From the NCBI GenBank assembly GCA_041481715.1, contig JBGPCK010000001.1, positions 9,340 through 73,339 on the forward strand: 64,000 nt of DNA. Reading direction: 5' to 3'. This DNA is from Thermoanaerobaculia bacterium (GTDB lineage: Bacteria; Acidobacteriota; Thermoanaerobaculia; UBA5066; Gp7-AA6). A program made the position numbers and the translations under genes. How positions within the stretch are numbered: position 1 is the first letter of the stretch; every line of letters starts with the position of its first letter. Below the pieces are notes generated by a model. That model was not told the DNA's origin, ran no database searches, and saw only the letters and a list, made by a program, of their open reading frames with translations. This document shows, one piece after another, positions 60,331 through 64,000 of the stretch.

Positions 60331-61088
60331 TGGGCGCCACATTTCCCGGACTTCTGGTTGCCGCTTTCATCGGACTGCTGCTGCTCTTCAAGTGGATCAA
60401 CGTTCTGAAGGAGTACGAGCGGGCGGTGACGTTCTGGCTCGGCCGTCTCTCCCGAGAGGCCAAGGGCCCGGGCCTCGTGCTCATTTTCTGGCCCGTCGAA
60501 ACCATGGTCCGCATCTCCATGCGCACGGTCGTGCACGACGTCCCGACGCAAGACATCATCACCCGAGACAACGTTTCGGTGAAGGTCAACGCCGTCGTCT
60601 ATTTCCGCGTCGTCGACCCGAACAAGGCCGTCGTTCAGGTGGAGAACTATCTCTATGCGACCTCGCAGCTGGCCCAGACGACGCTGCGCAGCATCCTGGG
60701 ACAAGCGTTGCTCGACGAGCTCCTGTCCGAGCGGGAGAAACTGAACGTGGCGCTCCAGAAAGTCATCGACGAGCACACGAGCCCCTGGGGAGTGAAGGTG
60801 TCGCTCGTAGAAGTGAAACAGGTCGACCTTCCGCCCGAAATGCAGCGCGCGATGGCCAAGCAGGCCGAGGCCGAGCGGGAGAAACGGGCGAAGATCATCC
60901 ACGCGGCCGGGGAGTTCGAGGCCGCCAACAAGCTCTCCGACGCGGCTGAGATCATCGGCCGGCAGCCGGCCACGCTGCAGCTCCGGTACCTGCAGACGTT
61001 GACCGAGATCGCCAGCGAGAAGAACTCGACGATCATTTTCCCGTTGCCGATCGAGCTTCTCAAGAACTTCATCGCGAAGGAAAAGTAG
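60327..61088 (+). CDS. SPFH/band-7 (stomatin-like) protein
   Basis: 253 aa. Start overlaps nfeD stop. SPFH core ([31 protein letters not shown]) and C-terminal coiled coil. Classic nfeD-stomatin operon. Confidence 0.9.
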   Translation: MMGATFPGLLVAAFIGLLLLFKWINVLKEYERAVTFWLGRLSREAKGPGLVLIFWPVETMVRISMRTVVHDVPTQDIITRDNVSVKVNAVVYFRVVDPNKAVVQVENYLYATSQLAQTTLRSILGQALLDELLSEREKLNVALQKVIDEHTSPWGVKVSLVEVKQVDLPPEMQRAMAKQAEAEREKRAKIIHAAGEFEAANKLSDAAEIIGRQPATLQLRYLQTLTEIASEKNSTIIFPLPIELLKNFIAKEK

Positions 61089-61124
61089 CTTCAGACTTTG
61101 AGCTTCAGACTTTAAACTCCCCCT

Positions 61125-61748
61125 GTGCCCGAGTCCCAAAGTCATTACCAGCTCTCCTTCACGGCGAGGCAGGCGATGGCTTTCTTCGTCGTCTGCCTCT
61201 TCGCCTTGGGCCTGTCCTTTTTCTTCGGCCTGATGGCCGGGCTCTCGGGACGTCCGGGGCCCTCGGCCGCCGCGATGGAGACTCCGACACCGGCTTCGGA
61301 AGCGGCGAGCGGCGAAGGCGCGCCGGGATCCGTCGCGGCGACTTCGGAAACCCCGTTGACCGCGGAGAACAGTCGCGAATCGGCGACACCGGCAGGGGAG
61401 CCAACCGCCCCCGCAATCCTGCAGGCGTTCGCAGACCGTGCCGCGGAACCCACTCCGCAGGTTTCCGCCAAGCGGGCGTCGCCGGGCTTGGCCCCGGCTC
61501 CCCCCGGATCCGGCGTGTGGATCCAGGTCGCGTCGCTTGCCGCCCGCGGGGAGGCGGACGCTCTGGTCGTCCGGCTCTCCCGGCACGGCTACCGCGCTCA
61601 GACGGAAGCCGCCCAGAGCCCCAAGGGCAGGGTCTTCCGGGTGCGGGTCGGGCCATACCGCTCCGAGGAAGAAGCCACGCGGGCTGCGGAGAAGCTCCGG
61701 CGCCAGGAGAATATTCGGCAGACCTGGGTCGTGCGGGCGGGACGATGA
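61125..61748 (+). CDS. SPOR-domain protein (peptidoglycan-binding), membrane-anchored
   Basis: 207 aa. N-terminal TM (AMAFFVVCLFALGLSFFFGLMAGL), Pro/Ala/Ser-rich linker, C-terminal SPOR fold (WIQVASLAARGEADALVVRLSRHGY..FRVRVGPY). Confidence 0.75.
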   Translation: MPESQSHYQLSFTARQAMAFFVVCLFALGLSFFFGLMAGLSGRPGPSAAAMETPTPASEAASGEGAPGSVAATSETPLTAENSRESATPAGEPTAPAILQAFADRAAEPTPQVSAKRASPGLAPAPPGSGVWIQVASLAARGEADALVVRLSRHGYRAQTEAAQSPKGRVFRVRVGPYRSEEEATRAAEKLRRQENIRQTWVVRAGR

Positions 61749-62623
61749 GCGCTTTGCCTCCGGTCCGGGCGCCCGAGTGGATCCGTCGAAATCGGATTCG
61801 CCTTTCGCAGCTCCACGGGGTCAAGAGTCTGATGCGCAAGCAGTCGCTTTCCACCGTCTGCGAAGAGGCGCGCTGCCCAAACCGCGGCGAGTGTTTTTCG
61901 CGCGGGACGGCGACGTTTCTGCTGCTGGGCGACGTTTGCACGCGCGCCTGTGGTTTCTGTGACATCCCGACGGGCCGGCCGCTCCCGGTCGATCCGCTGG
62001 AGCCCGCGAGGGTCGCCGCGGCTGCGCGCGAGATGAGCCTCTCCTACGTCGTTCTGACCTCCGTCGACCGCGACGACCTGCCGGACGGGGGAGCGGCACA
62101 CTTTGCTGCGGCGATCGCCGCGGTGCGCCGGCTCGAGCCCGTCCCGGGCGTGGAGGTTCTGACGCCGGACTTCAAGGGGCGCTTCGATTCCGTGCGGGTC
62201 GTCGTCGAGGCCCGACCCGACGTCTTCAACCACAACGTCGAGACCGTGCCTCGCCTTTACTCGACGGTTCGGCGCGGCGCGAGACTCGACCGGTCGCTCG
62301 GCCTGCTCTCGGCCGCGAAGATCCTCGATCCAAAGCTGACGACGAAATCGGGCTTGATGGTCGGTCTGGGGGAGACGCCCGAAGAAGTGCTCGAGCTGCT
62401 CGGGCGGATGCGGGAAGCGCACATCGACATCGTGACGATCGGCCAGTACCTGCGCCCCTCGCGCGAGAACCTGTCGGTCGCCGAGTACGTGCATCCCGAG
62501 ACTTTCGACCGGTACCGCGAGGCCGGAGAGCGCCTCGGCTTCCTCCACGTTTTCGCCGGGCCATTCGTACGGTCGTCCTACCGTGCCGAGGAAGCGTTGC
62601 AGGCGGCGGGGGCCGGACGGTAG
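61745..62623 (+). CDS. lipA: Lipoyl synthase
   Basis: C-terminal part of ORF 61517.., ATG overlapping SPOR gene stop. Cys motifs CEEARCPNRGEC and radical-SAM CTRACGFC. C-terminal RSSY. Confidence 0.9.
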   Translation: MSALPPVRAPEWIRRNRIRLSQLHGVKSLMRKQSLSTVCEEARCPNRGECFSRGTATFLLLGDVCTRACGFCDIPTGRPLPVDPLEPARVAAAAREMSLSYVVLTSVDRDDLPDGGAAHFAAAIAAVRRLEPVPGVEVLTPDFKGRFDSVRVVVEARPDVFNHNVETVPRLYSTVRRGARLDRSLGLLSAAKILDPKLTTKSGLMVGLGETPEEVLELLGRMREAHIDIVTIGQYLRPSRENLSVAEYVHPETFDRYREAGERLGFLHVFAGPFVRSSYRAEEALQAAGAGR

Positions 62624-62642
62624 GCCCCTGACGCCGCCGTTG

Positions 62643-64000
62643 ATGCGCTCGAAGTGGACCACGCCTGCCGCGGGCGTATTGTCCGGCCTTTTGTTTGCAC
62701 TGGCCTTTCCTCCCTTCGAATGGGTCCTGCTGCTGCCTCTGGCTCTGGTGCCCTGGCTCGTGGCGCTCAACGGGGAGAGAGGCCGTGGGCACGCACTGCT
62801 GTCGGGCGTTCTCTTCGGGCTCGCCTACTGGTGCACCTCGATCCCCTGGATCGTCTACGTCGTGACGCGCTACGGCGGACAGAGCGGCGTGATGGGCATC
62901 GTGTGTCTCGTGATCCTCGCCGCGATCCTCGCGCAGTGGCCGGCGTTGGTGGCGTGGGGAATGGTGGCCGCGGCGCCGCCGGGCTCGCAACGGCGTCTCT
63001 CGGCGTTTCCCCTTCTCTGGGTGGCGTCCGAGCATGCGCGGTCGTTCGTGTACGGCGGATTTCCATGGAACCTCACGGGCCATGCCCTCTACCGGCATCC
63101 GATCTGGCTTCAGAGCGCGTCGGTGTGGGGTGTCTATGGCGTGGGAGGGCTGGTCGCGGCCGTGTCCTGTCTGCTCGCCGGGGCGGCCGGCAGTCGCCGG
63201 GGACGGCCGCTGTTGTGGGCCGCGGGTCTGGTTCTCGTCACGGGAGGTTTCGGAGCAGCGCGCCTCGCGCTGAAGGAAAGCGAAGACAATCCGCGAACCG
63301 CGGCTTTCCCTGCCGCGCTCTTGCAACCGAACGTGACGCAGGAGGCGCGGCTCGGGGGGAGCGCCGCGCAGGTCTATGAGGCCGTCATCGGACAGGCTCG
63401 CGCGGCGGCCGCGCAAGGGCCGAATCTGATCGTCATTCCGGAGTCGGCATTCCCCGTCTATTGGGATCAGAGCCCCACTTTGCGGCGCAACCTGTCCGAG
63501 ATCGCCGCACACTCGTGGGTGATCTTCAACGACATCGAGGAGGTTCCGGACGGCCGCTACTACAACGTGGCCCGGCTTCTCGGGGCGCGGGGTCTGATCG
63601 GGAGGCCCTATCGCAAGGTTCATCTCGTACCGTTTGGCGAGTACGTTCCATTGCCGAAGCTCTTCTTTTTCGCGCGTCAGGTCTCGACCGAGATCGGACA
63701 GTTCTCGGCGGCCGCGGAGCCGGCGACGCTCGGGGACGATGCCGCACAGATTGGCGTCGGCGTCTGCTACGAGATCATCTACCCGGGCCTGTCCCGAAAG
63801 GAGGTCGGCGATCTCGGGGCGAATCTCCTCGTCACCATCTCGAACGACTCCTGGTACGGCAAGGCCGGAGCGCAGGCGCAGCACTTCGCGGGAGCATTGA
63901 TGCGGTCGGTCGAGACGAAGCGGTATCTGCTGCGCGCGGCCATCACCGGCATTTCGGGAATCGTAGACGAGAAGGGCAGAATTGTCGGCGAGCTGCCACG
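62643..64000 (+). CDS. lnt: Apolipoprotein N-acyltransferase, 3' partial
   Basis: Open frame from ATG about 62643 to window end (not in ORF track because there is no stop). 8-TM N-terminal region, then CN-hydrolase domain (NLIVIPESAFP, YRKVHLVPFGEYVP, VGVCYEIIYP). Confidence 0.75.
   Translation, partial: MRSKWTTPAAGVLSGLLFALAFPPFEWVLLLPLALVPWLVALNGERGRGHALLSGVLFGLAYWCTSIPWIVYVVTRYGGQSGVMGIVCLVILAAILAQWPALVAWGMVAAAPPGSQRRLSAFPLLWVASEHARSFVYGGFPWNLTGHALYRHPIWLQSASVWGVYGVGGLVAAVSCLLAGAAGSRRGRPLLWAAGLVLVTGGFGAARLALKESEDNPRTAAFPAALLQPNVTQEARLGGSAAQVYEAVIGQARAAAAQGPNLIVIPESAFPVYWDQSPTLRRNLSEIAAHSWVIFNDIEEVPDGRYYNVARLLGARGLIGRPYRKVHLVPFGEYVPLPKLFFFARQVSTEIGQFSAAAEPATLGDDAAQIGVGVCYEIIYPGLSRKEVGDLGANLLVTISNDSWYGKAGAQAQHFAGALMRSVETKRYLLRAAITGISGIVDEKGRIVGELP

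Noticed and set aside
62226-63884. 552-aa minus ORF and plus ORF 62654..63379
   Set aside because: Antisense or alternate-frame overlaps of lnt. The real lnt frame is open to the window end and shows CN-hydrolase motifs.

Overview
High-GC (~68-70%) chromosomal segment from a Gram-negative (diderm) bacterium, densely packed with about 65 protein-coding genes on both strands. No rRNA, tRNA, CRISPR array or transposase is recognisable. The backbone is housekeeping and envelope biogenesis: a MacAB-like efflux ABC system, LysS, LolCDE, ClpC, the BamA-Skp-LpxD-FabZ-LpxA outer-membrane/lipid A cluster, RibH-NusB, LeuS-LptE, RpsT, a complete Tol-Pal-YbgF cluster, a peptide/nickel ABC uptake system, CoaD, LipA and Lnt. 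The most interesting region is a putative bacterial sphingolipid (ceramide) biosynthesis locus at about 54.6-59.0 kb. It holds a CerR-like epimerase/dehydratase-family reductase, an Spt-like alpha-oxoamine synthase, a bCerS-like GNAT/FemAB-fold acyltransferase and a convergent PAP2 protein carrying sphingomyelin/IPC-synthase-type SGHT and HYxxDV motifs. It is followed by an NfeD-stomatin pair. Other notable items are listed here. A Gfo/Idh/MocA oxidoreductase sits directly after lpxA where lpxB is usually found (GnnA-like?). A SpoIVB-type S55 peptidase is translationally coupled to a secreted beta-propeller protein next to Tol-Pal. An archaeal-type (type II) GAPDH homologue is present. An orphan GAF sensor kinase and a Cys-rich putative Fe-S protein are present. 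A NYN nuclease-like protein lies in a lower-GC patch. Several conserved-looking hypotheticals complete the list. Because of the high GC content many long shadow ORFs appear on the opposite strand of real genes and were rejected. Several start codons (GTG/TTG, overlapping stops) are inferred and approximate.
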